From assembly GCA_012295275.1 (NCBI GenBank), contig CM022671.1, positions 35,278,001 through 35,342,000 on the forward strand: DNA of 64,000 bases, written 5' to 3'. The position numbers and the translations under genes were made by a program. Below the pieces are notes generated by a model. That model made no database searches. It saw only the letters and a list, made by a program, of their open reading frames with translations, and was not told where the DNA came from. Every line of letters begins with the position of its first letter. The stretch's first letter is position 1. This document shows, in pieces, positions 1-14,484 of this stretch. This DNA comes from Chrysomallon squamiferum. Taxonomy: Eukaryota > Animalia > Mollusca.

Positions 1-803
1 TGATTACAAAGTATAATAAACAACAAAATACTAGTAAATACGTAATATATTTACTTTCACACGTTGTTATTTTTCTAGTTACTCTATTTCATATATACAG
101 AGAAATAAAACTAACTGATTTTTGTTTTTAAAGTGCTTGTATGCTAATTACAACGACTCACCTGCAAGCTCTGAACGGGCACAGTCCACTGTGGTCGTTC
201 ACAAATCCCACGTCTAAATAAATCGAACGATGTCGTTTTCTCCCTCACAAGTCAACTTGCTAATACAAAAAACAAACTCATTAACCCGTCTACTACCGTG
301 TAAAACAACAGAACACACTGCATAAACCCAGACGTTTTTATTATCGTATATTCAATATTCATAATTTTCGTAGTTATTTTTTTTTTATGGTTTTTTTTTT
401 TTTTTTTTTTGAATTTGAAGGTCAATGCGAGCGCAGACGACACCAGATGAAAAAAGCGGGAAGTGAAGAAACTGGCACGTGCGTGATGGTTCTCGGATTT
501 GAACTGACAGAGTACACGGCACGTACGTGTCCGTACGTTTGTTGTACGTGGTGTTTGCGTGTGCTGCAGGCCAAACACGGAAACTGAACGAAGACGTAGT
601 TTTACAAACAGTTATGTTCTGAAGTTAACGGTATCTGATAGTTTAAGTGTGTAATATACCTACTATGACCCAGCTCTGTTTCTGTTATTTTAAATAAACA
701 TCACCATACACACAAACACATATATGTAATCCTAAATACAGCTATTCACACAGATTTAGTCATATATATATATATATATGTATGTGTATATATATATATA
801 TAT

Positions 804-842
<39 letters not shown>

Positions 843-1426
843 TAGATATAGATATAGATATATAGGCACACAGGCCTACACAGATACATTCACATACACA
901 TAAGTAAAGTACCTACTTACATATATACCCATCGATATAGATAGGTATTATAACAGTGAAAAACTTTCATATTCTCTGTTATTATTTTCTAATTTTGCTT
1001 TTGAGCTAATTCTGGGGAATGTAGCTAAGGAGCAAGGTACTGGTTGACCTAGACAATAACAAAGTCAGGCTGAAATGACTTTTCAATGGGAACTGATTTT
1101 GTTGTATTTCTACTCAGCCTTTTTATTAAACTATTTTAAAACGGTTACGGAACCATCTAAGTGGATATGTCTTTGTTATATGTTTAATTGCTGTTATTTC
1201 TTTGTGCCGTAATAATGTATCTAGCTTCTGGCAAGTTTATCTTGCTCTTAGTTGTCCCGTTGGCAGGTTTTGACCAGTTTTTATTTAAATTTATTATTTA
1301 TTACTTAATATGCTAAATATTGGTACATAGACATAAATAAAAGTACACGCATACATACTTACACATGTACATAAATTATAGATTCACACTCATGCTCAGA
1401 TACATACATGTAATAATAAAGTACAT

Positions 1427-1467
<41 letters not shown>

Positions 1468-2222
1468 TATATGCATATTTATTAAAGCGTTAAATAACAT
1501 CTCTCACACCACATCAACATATTCAGTTTGAACACGATGACTCATTTCATTTTTTAAATTATTATTATTTTTTTAAATCTATTTATCATTAATAAAATAT
1601 ATGTGCAGTTATCATTGAACTGCGATGTCAGCACACTGCATAATCGGCGACGTAAGCACGCAGTGTCGTGACACACGTCTGCAACGTTGTGATATACTAA
1701 CAGTTTGTTTACGTGTACATGTACACACACGCATGCACTCACAGACACACTCACACAAAAATACATATATACATTCATGCTTACATACACACACACACAC
1801 ACACATATATATATACATACATATATATATATATATACACATACATACATACATACATACATACAATATATACATACACACACACATCCACACACACACA
1901 TACATAATACATACATACACACACACACACATTCATACGTACCTACCTACGTGTGCCTATGAGTAGATGGTTGTGTCTGTGTATCTGTGTGGATGTGCTG
2001 TTATAGTTCTCTGAAGTGGTCCTAAAATAATAATAATAAGAAGAAGAAGAAGGAGAAGAAGAAGAAGAAGAAGAAGAAGAAGAAGAAGAAGAAGAAGAAG
2101 AAGAAGAAGAAGATTAATAATAACAAATAAATAAAATAAAATAAAATAAAATAAAATAAAATCCAAGTTAAAGTTGTTTATATATATATATATATATATA
2201 AGTATATATATACACACACACA
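1427..2222. repeat. Microsatellite cluster (CA)n, (ACAT)n, (AAG)n, (AAAAT)n, (TA)n
   Basis: Directly visible; source of the H/T/Y- and L-rich ORFs in the track. Confidence 0.95.
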
Positions 2223-2838
2223 CAGTAATATTCTAAGGGAGACAACTCCAGTACCCCGAGGGGTAACAGAGTTAATGGTATTAATCGGAAGTGAACTATA
2301 CTAAAACGATGAGTTTCATTCCGACAGTAAAGTTCTTTAGATGCTTGGGTTGGTTAAGGTAATTTAGAAGTAGTACAGCAGCCAGATCGAGTTTGAGTTC
2401 CACAGCGTTGAACTGGTTCGGTGTTGATTTTTAGTTAGAGTGCTGTTTGAACTGTCCGACATTTGTTGAAGTGAAATTAAAGTGAAAGAAGTTATTTCTT
2501 ATGGTTCTTCCATGTTTGTTTTCTGTGTGCGTGGGATCTTTCTGAATATTTGTCGTATGTATGTGTATGTATGTTTGTGCATGCGTTTGTGTGTGTGTGG
2601 TGTAGAGAAATGAAAAATGGACTTTCAGGTAGTTGTAATTATAACTTGGAAAAAAAAGAAAAAAAAAAGAAGAGAATTTCAGTAGATAGGTTTTATGTAA
2701 GTGTATCTATGTAACATTTTATAATTTTCTATGCGACTGTAATATACGATTTCAGAAAAGATTTTTTGATTTTCTTTTTATTCTCATAATATTACTGTTT
2801 TTGATATTTTATTTTATTTTTATTTTTTTTTTTTATTA

Positions 2839-2886
<48 letters not shown>

Positions 2887-4424
2887 TAGCATCCTCATTG
2901 TCATCATTATTTTTATTTATTTAACAGTCAATAAATAACCACCATGATTCAGAGGGAGATAACTCCTGGATGTTCTTTTTGTTCAATTGTCAACAGAATT
3001 AAGGAATTCACCTGTCAGACTAATATCATCTAAAACTTCTCTGAAAGAGCTGGTAACAGAAAATAATGTGTAGTAGAAACTGAACTGGTCCACTGTACGT
3101 TGTAATCAAACTGATTTACAAAATGTGTGATTTATGATGACGCTGTAAAGGTTCTGTGTTGAAATAAAGTAATAAATGCAACACATCTGACTACATTTTG
3201 CATAAATTTAAGATTATCACTAGACACAAGTATATCAACATTTTGAATTTTGGCGTTCTGTTATACAGAATTATTTACTGTTGTTGTAGAAGTATAATCA
3301 CTACTGGACACACAGAAAAAATAAAAATAAAAAAACCCACAAAAAACAACCCCACATTGTTATGTGAAAGGAAGTAACGATCACTGCGACTATAAATATT
3401 TCATCAATATTATTTTACAAAGAAAACAAATATATATATTTATATATATATAAATTCGATTTGTATGTATTCTGTCATAACAATTATCGATTTCGGTGGC
3501 GATACAAACTATAAATGCCTTTTTTATTTTTGTTTTTGTTGTTGTTGTTGTTATTATTATTAACAATATGTAGTTTGTCACTATGAAACTCGGAAGTTAT
3601 TAATAATAAAGAAAACAGATGTATTTTTTTTTACGTATTTTTTACAAAGAATTACCCAGTGTGAAAAGTGATCTGATGAAAACATTCCATTATACAGCGT
3701 CTGCCTCTTCTCCAGCGACTGACTACTGACTGAATGATTATTATATCATTTAATGCATGTTATCGATTCTCCTTGGAATAAACTAAAAAGAAATATTTCA
3801 GACGATTGTGATTAACATACAAGTGGACATACAACAACTTGTGTAACGTTAAATGGTTACGTGAATCGGTATCTCAAAAGAATACGCAAATGTGATGTAA
3901 ATTTAGAACATCTAACGTTAAACTTCCTTCTGAAACTGGGCGATGGTTAACATTCTAAGAGAAAATAGAAAATGTCATATTTTCATATTTATAATCTTGA
4001 CAAAACTGTAGATGAATATCGTTGCATGTAATGATCCTATATTTTTGAATGTTAGAAACGGTATACCACACAAACACACATGGCATCCAAATATATTTTC
4101 ATATAATAATTTGTTTAATAGCAAAAATATCTTTATATTAAAAGACTTATGTTTGTTAATAAGGACTATATGCAAACTTCCACACATGTGCGTTTTAATT
4201 TTGTTATTATTTTATTTGTAACACATTCTTCTCGTGCTGTAATCCTACAGTTTATGAAAATAAAGTCACTGTCACTGATTGACTGGTAGATCGATCGATC
4301 GATCGATTGATTGATTGACTGATTTGGTTGGTTGGCTCTTTGATTATTTGCTTGTTTCTTTGATTATTTATTTATTTATTTATTTGTCTTAATTGTTATT
4401 TAAAACCAAGTGTTATTTTAACAA

Positions 4425-4478
<54 letters not shown>

Positions 4479-4829
4479 GCTTTTTTTATTTGCTTGCTTT
4501 TTTATTTGCTTGCTTTTTTTTTTTGTTTATGTAATATTACTTTTTTTGTTAATATTCCTGGTGTATATTATTAAATACTTTTAATCTATATTTTTATTTT
4601 TTATTGCTTATTTTATTTTATTTTCATTATTATTGTTGTTGTTGCTGTTGTTGTTGTTCTTCTTCTTCTCCTCTTTCTTCCCCCTCTTCCTTATTATTTT
4701 TTTATTTTTTATTATTATTATTTTTTTTTTTTTTTTTTTTTTTTTTGAACAGAACGTTTCTGAAGATTTTTTTTTTTTGTTGTTTGTTTGTTTATTTTTC
4801 TTTTTATCTTTCCATTCTGTTAATTCCGG

Positions 4830-5501
4830 ATTACTCACTGAAGTCTGTTGAAGAAATCAAACCGAGTTCAAGCGCACCACATCTCAAACGCACGCCCATT
4901 AATAAAATCCATGCAGGTAATAACAGGCCTAACGGAAGTTTGTACCACGTGATCATCGATATCTAAGAACAACAACATTTCAACTTTTCTGGCGCTGTGC
5001 AATAAGACTGCAGTCGAATTATCGAAAGAAGAAAAAAAAGACACATACGGCGCTTCCACTTGATTGCGACAAAGGGGATACAAATTGAATGAAAAACGAG
5101 GGAAACATGGAAATTACTGTTTTCTCCTACCGCTCAGTGTTTTGACAGGCGAGAGGGAATTTCCCGGTATCGGATCAATTTACAATCGCTTCAAGCTTTT
5201 TTAGCCCATGTGGGATTTTCTGACCTGTTCGTTCACGTCTGCTCTCTGCTGACAGGCGCCAACTCGGAGTCCGGAGAAAGTGAATATTATTATTATTATT
5301 GTGATGGTAATTGGGATTAATTCGTGATTGGATGTGATTATCAGTTAATGAATCGAGTGTTCTCACCTGCGGAGGGTTTAAGTTTAAATCTGGTGTTGTG
5401 TAATACGGTTTATTAAAGAAGTGAGAGAGAGAGAGAGAAAATACTTTCGTTGGATACGAAGGTAAAACGAAAGAGAAGAAGTGACGTAGTGTAACTTTCA
5501 G
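4830..5501 (+). promoter_or_regulatory. CpG-retaining island; candidate promoter/non-coding first exon of the RIMBP gene
   Basis: Many CpGs relative to flanks; CGGAAGT (4933), CACGTG (4946) and TGACGT (5482); ends at donor-like TTCAG|GTAAAT (GT 5502-5503); 2.3 kb upstream of the ATG. Confidence 0.4.
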
Positions 5502-6086
5502 GTAAATTTGATAGTAAAATCCAGAACGTGCTACAAAATTATTACTGAATAAATAAATAAATAAATAAATAAACACTTTAGTGTAAATAAGAAAATAATA
5601 TCTGTATAAAATATATCATCAATCTAAAAAAAAAAAAAAAAAAAGAAAATGAATCGACAAGATTTAAATAAATATTTTTTTTTTATCTGAAATTATATCT
5701 TTGGTATTGCACAGTAAAAATGTAAGTTTGAGTGATTTATTGTCAGTAAGATTTGTTTTCAAATTTATTATTCTCACCTTTTTGGGACCAATAAAAAACT
5801 ATACTACAATATTTTTTTTTTTTTTTTAATTCTTATAATCATGCATCATTCAACTTTTTGACATATATATTAAGTAATTTTGTTTTAAAGGTGGAGCTAC
5901 ATAGGATACAAAAGGATGGTTCTTGAATCAAGTTGGTCTCTCCAGCAATGTTCTCCATCAAGTTTTCACTCAAACAGGAAACTCACTGTAACACTAATTA
6001 GCAGCATGGCTAAACAGTCAGTAACAACAGCAGTTGGCTAATAAAATAATAAATTCAACAGGAAACACACATTACCACTAATAAAA

Positions 6087-6125
<39 letters not shown>

Positions 6126-7774
6126 GTGAAATTAACAAAAAGAAGAAAAATAACAACAAAATTGAACAAAATTATAACACTTGTTTTAACTCTTCAGAAG
6201 TTTAAAGTAAAATATTCATAGCAAAACACAAAAATTCAGCAAGAAATATAAATTTATTAATAAGGGAAATCCCCTTCAAAAAAAAAACCTTTCAACATTG
6301 CAAATTAGGCACACTATTGGAATAATTCATGAAATTCAGAAAACCAATTGAAAATAATGAACAAAGATTTTGCAAGAATATTGCAAATTATATAAGATAT
6401 TCAGCAAAAATATAGAAAATAATGTGAAAAAGAAATCAGCAAAAAATATTGCAAATAATAAAAAAAAAAATTACCAATAACATGAAAGAAATTCAACAAT
6501 AACATTGTAAATAAGTTTTAAAAATAAAAAAAAAAAAAAGAAGAAAATAGCAGCGACAGAATGCTAGTGCTTGTTTGGAGAAGTTGAGAAAACTTTGACA
6601 AAGTGAGAGAGAGAGAGAGAAACACATGTTCCACAAATACACGCGGAATCTGTGTTGTCAGATTGACTGTGGACTGTAGGATTCCCAGTCTTACGCTCTG
6701 CAGTTCCTCCTGTGAGCCACCTCTCCTTTGAGAAAGCAGAGCTGTTTAACCAAGACTTAGAGATGTGAAGAACCAGACATATGGATGGTAACAGCTGGAC
6801 ACACAGGTACAGACAAACAGACAGTCTTACATGACAGCGTTAGATGACTATCTCTGTTTAGATGGCGATGTGTTTTGCATATTCGTGTGTAGATTACAAA
6901 AGTTAATGCACTGTTTTGTTTGATGTGTTAAAAGTCACTTTTTATTGATTTATGAATCGTTGTGTTAGGTTTGTTTATTAATTTAAACATCAAGTTGTCT
7001 TTCTTTTGTGTGCTGTTTAAAACTTGCCATTATATTTCTGAGAACGAGGATTCGAAGTGTTTCAGAGTGTTCAATGAAGCATGAGTCGTGTGGTAATCCA
7101 GGCATGGAGTTTTGTCGAAGATCTTTAAATTGGCATGACTGTGAACTTTAACCTTCGTGCAGTGACAGTACATGTGTAATGAGCAGTTTTATTTTCTGCT
7201 ATTGTGAGGAGTACGAGCAGACTGTAAAATACTCATTGTTGTAACTGTTGATGTGTTTCACAGATAGACCCTTCTCAGTGCTTTTAATAATGTACACACA
7301 ACCATCAGTGGAAAGTGTTGTTAGTGGAAAAACAGCTGAAAAGATGTAAAACATAACTTATGTAATGTTTAACATGAAGAAAAAAAACTTCATTTATTTT
7401 CTTAAACAATCTCACCTGATGAAAGCCAAAGGGGTTTTTGTTTTTTATGTTGTTGTTTTTTTAAAATTCTGAAACAGTTCATATATTTTTGACAAATGAT
7501 GAATGATAATTGATTATTTAATGTAGTTTATTGAAAAGCCAGATGTCTCTTTTCAGCAAGTGATTTAGTGGATTAAGTCATAGTTTTTAAATAAATAAAT
7601 ATATAAAAACAACAAGAACAATTTCAAAGAAAATAATACAAAAGTTAGAGAAAAGAAAACTTAAGACTAAAGATAAGCAAAAAATAATATCAATAGCAAT
7701 AATAAAATTTATCAGTGAAGAAGATTTTAATAAAATAAAAAAAAATCTATGTTTAAGGTAAATGATAAGATTTA

Positions 7775-8218
7775 ATGATGGCATCAATTGTACCATCACG
7801 AAGATTCTCAGGCAGTCGGTACAGAGATGAGTATGAACTTGAGTTCAGCGACTTGAGTCCGAGTCGGGCTTCCAGTCCGGCCAGTGCCAGGTCCGAGGGT
7901 CCGCGGATTCGCCACAACCCGAAAGTGGATGAGTATCGCAGAAAGATTGCGAGACTGAAGAGTGAGTTAGAACTGGAGAAATCTAAAAGCAAACACGTGC
8001 TGAAAGAGAAGTCGAAAGAGCTGAAACATTTACGTTCTCAGCACGACGAGGACAAGAAAAGCGAACTCCAGTCCATCGAGGAACGACTGAAAGAACGAAT
8101 GAAGAAGGACGTGATTCGAATGAGAGAAGAGCTGATAAAGGAGAAGGACGCGGAGCTGCAGCAGGTGCTGAAGTACAAGGAGGACGAGATTGAGCAGCTC
8201 AAGTCCAGACTGTCGCAG
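7775..8218 (+). CDS. RIMBP2: RIMS-binding protein family gene, first coding exon, 5' part (N-terminal coiled coil)
   Basis: GC-rich, purine-rich ORF MMASIVPSRR...KIARLKSELELEK...ELIKEKDAELQQVLKYKEDEIEQLKSRLSQ. The EKDAELQQVLKYKEDE motif resembles, from recall, the RIMBP3/JAKMIP-type N-terminal coiled coil. The frame stops at TGA 8306, but coding-like sequence continues in the -1 frame. The symbol denotes the family; orthology is untested. Confidence 0.75.
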
Positions 8219-8898
8219 AGAACAGAAAACACAGGAGGAAACCAGATGACGAGAAACACCTGGCAAAAGAAAACGGAACCAATTCGCCAGAAGGTGAAAA
8301 ACACCTGAAAGGTGATTCGAAGGAAAGTGGAACCAGTGAAAGAAGTGGCGAAGCGGAGAAAAGCAAAGGTTCAATTCGGTTCAGGGACATGGACATTTTC
8401 AGAAAAATGGAAGAGGAGATTCAGAATCTGAAGGACGAGAACGTTCAGTGGGAGGAGAAGTACAGGAGGAAGTGTAAGGAGGAGGTTGCCAGGCAGGAGG
8501 AGCTGAACAAGGTGAAGGCCGGGTATGATGCTGAGGTGAGGAGAGTGATCAGTGAGTCAAAGAAGCTGGCTCTGGGAAACCTGAAAAAACTGAAAAGAGC
8601 AGAAATAGCTCTCAGTGAGAGTTTCTTTTCCGAGGACGAAAGTGTGACGTGTTCGTTGACATCAACACCAGCATCAGTATGCAGCAACATCGTCACAACA
8701 ACCACAATGTCCGACTCGTCACATCGCACAACACCATCTGAGGGTGTCGAGAGAATGTTGCCACAGCTGCCGATGGAGGATGGTTGTAGCAGGTCTGTGT
8801 CTGTTGTTGATGATGTAGCAATGAGCAGAAGAAGCAGCATCACGTCACTGGCTCGTCTGTTTACAGGTGACCACAGTGAAACAACACCTGGTGAACAG
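8218..8898 (+). CDS. RIMBP2: RIMS-binding protein family gene, first coding exon, 3' part (after -1 frameshift)
   Basis: Frame open from 8194 (ENRKHRRKPDDEKHL...RDMDIFRKMEEEIQNLKDENVQWEEKY...TTPGEQ). It ends at a consensus donor CAG|GTGAGT (GT 8899-8900), phase 0, compatible with the phase-0 acceptor at 39221. Confidence 0.75.
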
Positions 8899-9854
8899 GT
8901 GAGTAGTTGTTGTTATTAGTAACATCATCATCATCATCATCATCATCAACATTGTTGTCTTATGTTACTTTTATCATTGTAGTTCCTAATATTTGTTATG
9001 TTATTATATTTCTGGATGTAGCAAAATGAACAAATTGACATACCAGCAATATCTACATATAGAATGTGTATATTTATATACACATATATACATGGCAACA
9101 CACACACACACACACACACACAAAAACAAACACTCATTCCCATATTTACTACCAAGTGCATAATACCTATCTTCATACATACATACAGACATAAATAAAA
9201 ACACACAAAAAAAAGCTTACACAAAAATAAATATACTCAAATGTTTGTACTCACTGAAACATCAACATACAAACAAAATAAACTCAATTAGAAACAGACA
9301 AAAAAAAAAAAAAAATCCAAACATAAACAAATATATATATATATATTTTGCAGAAGAATAAACAGACACAGACACACAAATGCACACACATACACACATT
9401 AATTTTAATTAATTTTAAGTTAGTATATATTTAAGAATGGCTGGATATATTAAAACCCATATCATTTTTTTTAAAGTTGTTATAGTTGTGCATTATATAA
9501 TGTGAGTCAGTGAGTGCAGATAACAACAAAGGTGTAGTTTATAATGTGCACACGAAAACCTTTGTAGATACCTCACTTACGTTACTTTGAGGCCTGCCAT
9601 GCTAATTGTTCAGTCTGTTTAGGTCGTGTGTAAGTTTAACGCTTGATAACAAATAGTGGCATGTGTTGCCAAGTTGATTCTGATAACCCAGAGAGTGGGG
9701 CAGAGTTACTCACATACTCACCTGGGTGAAGAATGGCATGCAGAGAATAAGATTTTGAAAAGTTTGTCTAAAATTAAATGTATATGTGTGTGTGTGTGTA
9801 CACACCCACATACATACACACACACACACATTTAATCTGAGACAAACATATTAC

Positions 9855-9895
<41 letters not shown>

Positions 9896-10192
9896 TTATA
9901 TACCTATATGTGTTTGTGTTTTTATATATATACACACACACATAAATATATATATATACACACACCCACACACACATAAACATACACCCACACCCACACA
10001 TACATATATATATAGAAAAATACATATTACAAGTTTAAGTTTATAGATCTGTATGCATAAGCATACCAGTATAAATATATGAATGCATACATGTACTCAC
10101 ATGCACAGACATAAACACTCTATCAATCCTTTTAACTTTTTTATTTAGTTTTATCATACATTACATTATGACTGTGCTTGAAATTTAAATTT

Positions 10193-10269
<77 letters not shown>

Positions 10270-10637
10270 ATGATATAAACTTTTTTTTTAAAACAAGTTA
10301 CTTTTCTTCTTCTGACATATAAATTAAGTCCACAAGAGAAGTTAATTTTTCACTTGCTCTCTGTATGGTAAAGCAATGATGGTGAAAGAATGAGTCAGGT
10401 GATTAAAGAAGGTGATGTTGTGTGAAGTCTGTTTTGTTCATTTGTCGAGGAGCCTGTAACGTGATGAGGTGAATGATGAGTCATTGAGATGTAAATCTCG
10501 TCTCTCTTCAAATCTCTTTTCACACAGCTGCAGATGAGTAATGTAGATTTTTTCTACATAATAGTTTTACCTTTCTGTTTTGTAAAACTTTTCATTCTTT
10601 TCTTTTTTTTTTTTTTTTTTTCATTAATGTTTTATCG

Positions 10638-10671
<34 letters not shown>

Positions 10672-12009
10672 TGCATTTTGGAGGTGCTTTTTTGTTTGTT
10701 TGAGAAAAGCTTTTTTTTTTTTTTTCTTAGTTCTATCTCTTCATTATCAGTCTTTAAACATGCTTTAAAACCTCAGGTTACTTGAATACAGCAAGAAAGA
10801 TTAGATATTGTATCAGTGTGAAATGCTTTTTTATATTACATACACATAACTTTTATTTAAAATTTTGGAATAGATTGTTCTTTATTTTTTATTTTTTGCC
10901 TTTATTTTATTTTGTTTTGTATTGTTTTATTACATTTAATATAAATGAGTATTAACAAAATTAGTAAACAAAACAAAAAAAAACCTCAAAAAACACTTTT
11001 TTTAACATTTTATGGTATTCCTATTAGATTCAAATCTAAACCATTTACTTGTAAAAAAAAAAAATCGGATTTTCTAAGAGTATCAGCTGGATTTGCCACT
11101 GACAGAACTGTTCAGCATCAGCAACCCATTGTAGATTATGTTGTAGACCAAATTTATCTGACTTGAATAATAATTTATTGTTAAATATCCTGACTGTTCT
11201 GTGTTTATTTTTTTTCCAAGACACTTTTCCCATTTTGAAACTATTAATTACCAAAAAAACCTCACAATTATACAATCATTTAATTATGAATGTCACATAT
11301 TAAGAAAAACCTGATAATTATTATCAATCTGTTATATGTAATTCTATATTACATTACGTTTGTATAAAGTTATATTGTTTTTGTATCTCCAGCATTCTAT
11401 GTATCTTTATTTATATTTCTGATGAGCTGTAAAGCTCGTGATTAACAAAGAATTGAAACTGAATTAAAATATAGATTTTTAACTATATAATGCTGGAAAA
11501 GATTTAAAATAAGATAGCATTCTGTTAGTGTAGTCCTTTTAAACAAGCACACGAAAGACATGTATTTTTTATTTTATGCTTGGCTAATTCCAAATCTGTC
11601 AAAACAGTCTTCTCCTTTGTTGTTTCATTTGTGACAAAACGTCTGTACAGCTGTAATTGTAGTAAACACTGTGATACCATAATAATATTCTTAACAAATA
11701 AAGAAAATCTCTGTACTTATGAAGATTAAACTTTGGTTAATTATACCAGGATTTTAGTCTGCATGTTTGTCAGTTTTCAAAATAAACCCTTGATCCTTGG
11801 ACTCAGCTGGTTTTGGTTGTGGTTGTCATTTTACGTGCTGAGTTTTCGTATGAGTGGTGATTGTGTAAAATATCAATGATCTCAAGTAACAACAAGATCA
11901 AACCAGGATTTAAAAACACACTGGTTTCTTTTATCAGTAAATGTTATCTTACTCAATTAGTATTATGCTGGTATTTGTCTTTTCTGTGATAGAGAACTGT
12001 TTTATTTTC

Positions 12010-12070
<61 letters not shown>

Positions 12071-13015
12071 TTATTTCAGTCATCATCATCATTATATATT
12101 TATTTATTTATTATTTTTTGTATTATTCCATATTTTTACACTTTATTTTACTTAAACTATCATTTGTAATATTATTATTATTATTCAGATCATATATTTC
12201 CTGATCCTATCATTTGTATTGTTCCTGTCTGTATGTCACCTATTATTTCTTACCCTCAGCCTGTGTTGTGTGGTACATTGTAACACAAAGAAACTATGGT
12301 TACTTACTGATAAGTAATCAGGTACACACACAATTTGTTACAAAGATATTCAATGTTATACGTCAGCATGAAACCATTAGGTGCAGCTAAAGTAAGTAAA
12401 TACAATGTTTAATAACGTATTTATCATTTGTACTACATTATGTAAAAATAATACATTTCTTGCAAGGTTTGACACTGAGGATAAAGTAATAGGTTTTGTT
12501 TGTTATTTTTACAATTTTTTTTTTATTGTAATAGTTTTATTTGTATGTATTTTTCATGTTATGTTTTTATATTATTATTTCTTTTTTAAATTTATATTTA
12601 TGTGTATAATTATGTATTAAATGAAACAAAATAAATAAAATTAGATGTGCCTGTGTGTGTGTGTGTGTGTGTGTGCATCTGTGCATGTGTGAGAAAGAGA
12701 AAGAGAGAGAAACACACATATACATGCTGTAGAGTTCAGGTATACCAAATATGTCTCTCTCTCTCTCTCTCTCTCATTTTTTTTTTTTTTTTTTTTTTTT
12801 TTTTCTGAACTTCTGGATTACAATGTTGTAAATCAGGTTTAAAACTTGGCCTCATTCTTTCTTTTGTTGCACTTTTTTTTTCTTTTTTTTCTTCTCACCA
12901 GTCTTTCAAGACAGTGGTAATAAAAATTAGATTACAAAGAAATTACTTTTGCTTTCAACCATTAAAATTTATGAATTCAATATGGAGGCTTATCCACAGA
13001 AATAATTTTTTGTCA

Positions 13016-13065
<50 letters not shown>

Positions 13066-13861
13066 GTATTTAGACATGTCTATATCTAGTTGTATAATAT
13101 TTTGAAATAAATATATCTTTTTTTTTTACTATAGAGCTTAAGTTAGTTTGTTTTGGGTTATGTTTAAAAACATAAACATAATAATTATAATCATTAATTT
13201 AAAATTGGTTTTGATTGAGACAATGAATTCATTTATGAAATTTAAATATTAGTATAAAAATTATTAGTAAAATTTTATACATTTATTATTATTATTATTA
13301 CTAGTAGTAGTAGTAGAAATAGTAACTGCTATTATTTATTTATTTGTTTATTTGTATTATATTTATTTGCTGATTGTAGGCTACATTGTTGGTCTTTTTA
13401 TTTTTTTAGATATATTAATATTTTTAAAAAGTTTATTAAAATATTAAATTTTTTTTTCAGTTAAATTTTTTTTATTTCTTATAATGAATGTAAACATTTG
13501 AATATATTTATTTTAAATTAATTTTTTGATTTTGTTGTTTTTAAGAAAATAATTTATTTTATTTTATCTTATTTCATTTCATTTCATTTTATTTTGTTTT
13601 ATTAGTTTATTTCATGTTACTTTTTTTCTTTTTTTTTTCTTTTTATTCATTTTATCAGTTAGTTTTTAATTCTACTTTTAAAATTTTGTGTTTTTATTTT
13701 TTATGTATCATTCTGGCAGTACTTGTAAAATGCACTCTTTTTGAACCTGCGGACTTCTGTCAAACATTTCCAAATGTTGTGTGTATAAGCAGTTGCTTTT
13801 GTCCTTGTAAATGTTAAAACACCACTTTATGTAGAATATGTCCTCTATAAACACAAATATG

Positions 13862-13949
13862 TGTTTTCACTTAGTTACAGACCTGTTACATTTTTCTGAT
13901 GTTTTCACTTAGTTACAGACCTGTTACATTTTTCTGATGTTTTCACTTA
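13862..13949 (+). repeat. ~38-bp tandem duplication (2.3 copies)
   Basis: TGTTTTCACTTAGTTACAGACCTGTTACATTTTTCTGA repeated directly. Confidence 0.9.
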
Positions 13950-14398
13950 AAACCAACATCCAAAATCTGTTACTGGTTTGTACAGGGAAGGCTTATTATT
14001 ATTATTGTCTCTTTTAGAAGGAAAAAAAAAAAAAAAGGTGCGACCGTTAACTTACATGTGACGTATTCGGTTTATTGTATGGTGTGGAATAAATGTGTGT
14101 ATGACATCAACTAACTTGAAGATTGTGACGAGATAACTAACAGTGTTAAATCTCTTCTGTTTTACACTGCACAATGCCTGATAAGGTTTGTAGATAGTAT
14201 TGTTGTAAATGTACAGTTTAAAATGTTCAGATTTCATGACAGTTGAAGTAAAAATGTTTTAAAATGTTTCACAGTGAAGTTCAGTAGTCTTTTTTTTTCC
14301 TCTTTTTTTTCACAAATCTGTTGTCATTTCTTCCTTATGTTTTTCCTTCGTTTCTTTTTCTTTTCTTTCCTTTAATTTAGTTTTTCTCTCCTTTCTGG

Positions 14399-14484
<86 letters not shown>

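Noticed and set aside
1554-2223. Overlapping H/T/Y-, C/V- and poly-L ORFs (also 16835-17116, 18985-19503, 40977-41354, 45317-45800, 56089-56648)
   Set aside because: Stop-free frames generated by microsatellites; no coding signal.
6230-6530. Weak periodic ATTCAGCAA.AA.ATT motif
   Set aside because: Highly degenerate A-rich repeat; unit boundaries cannot be defined reliably.
8294-8384. Small intron that might repair the exon-1 frameshift
   Set aside because: Removing this 91-nt GT-AG segment lands in the third frame, not the frame of the downstream ORF.
7753-8843. Minus-strand ORFs overlapping exon 1
   Set aside because: Antisense shadows of a purine-rich coiled-coil exon; no independent evidence.
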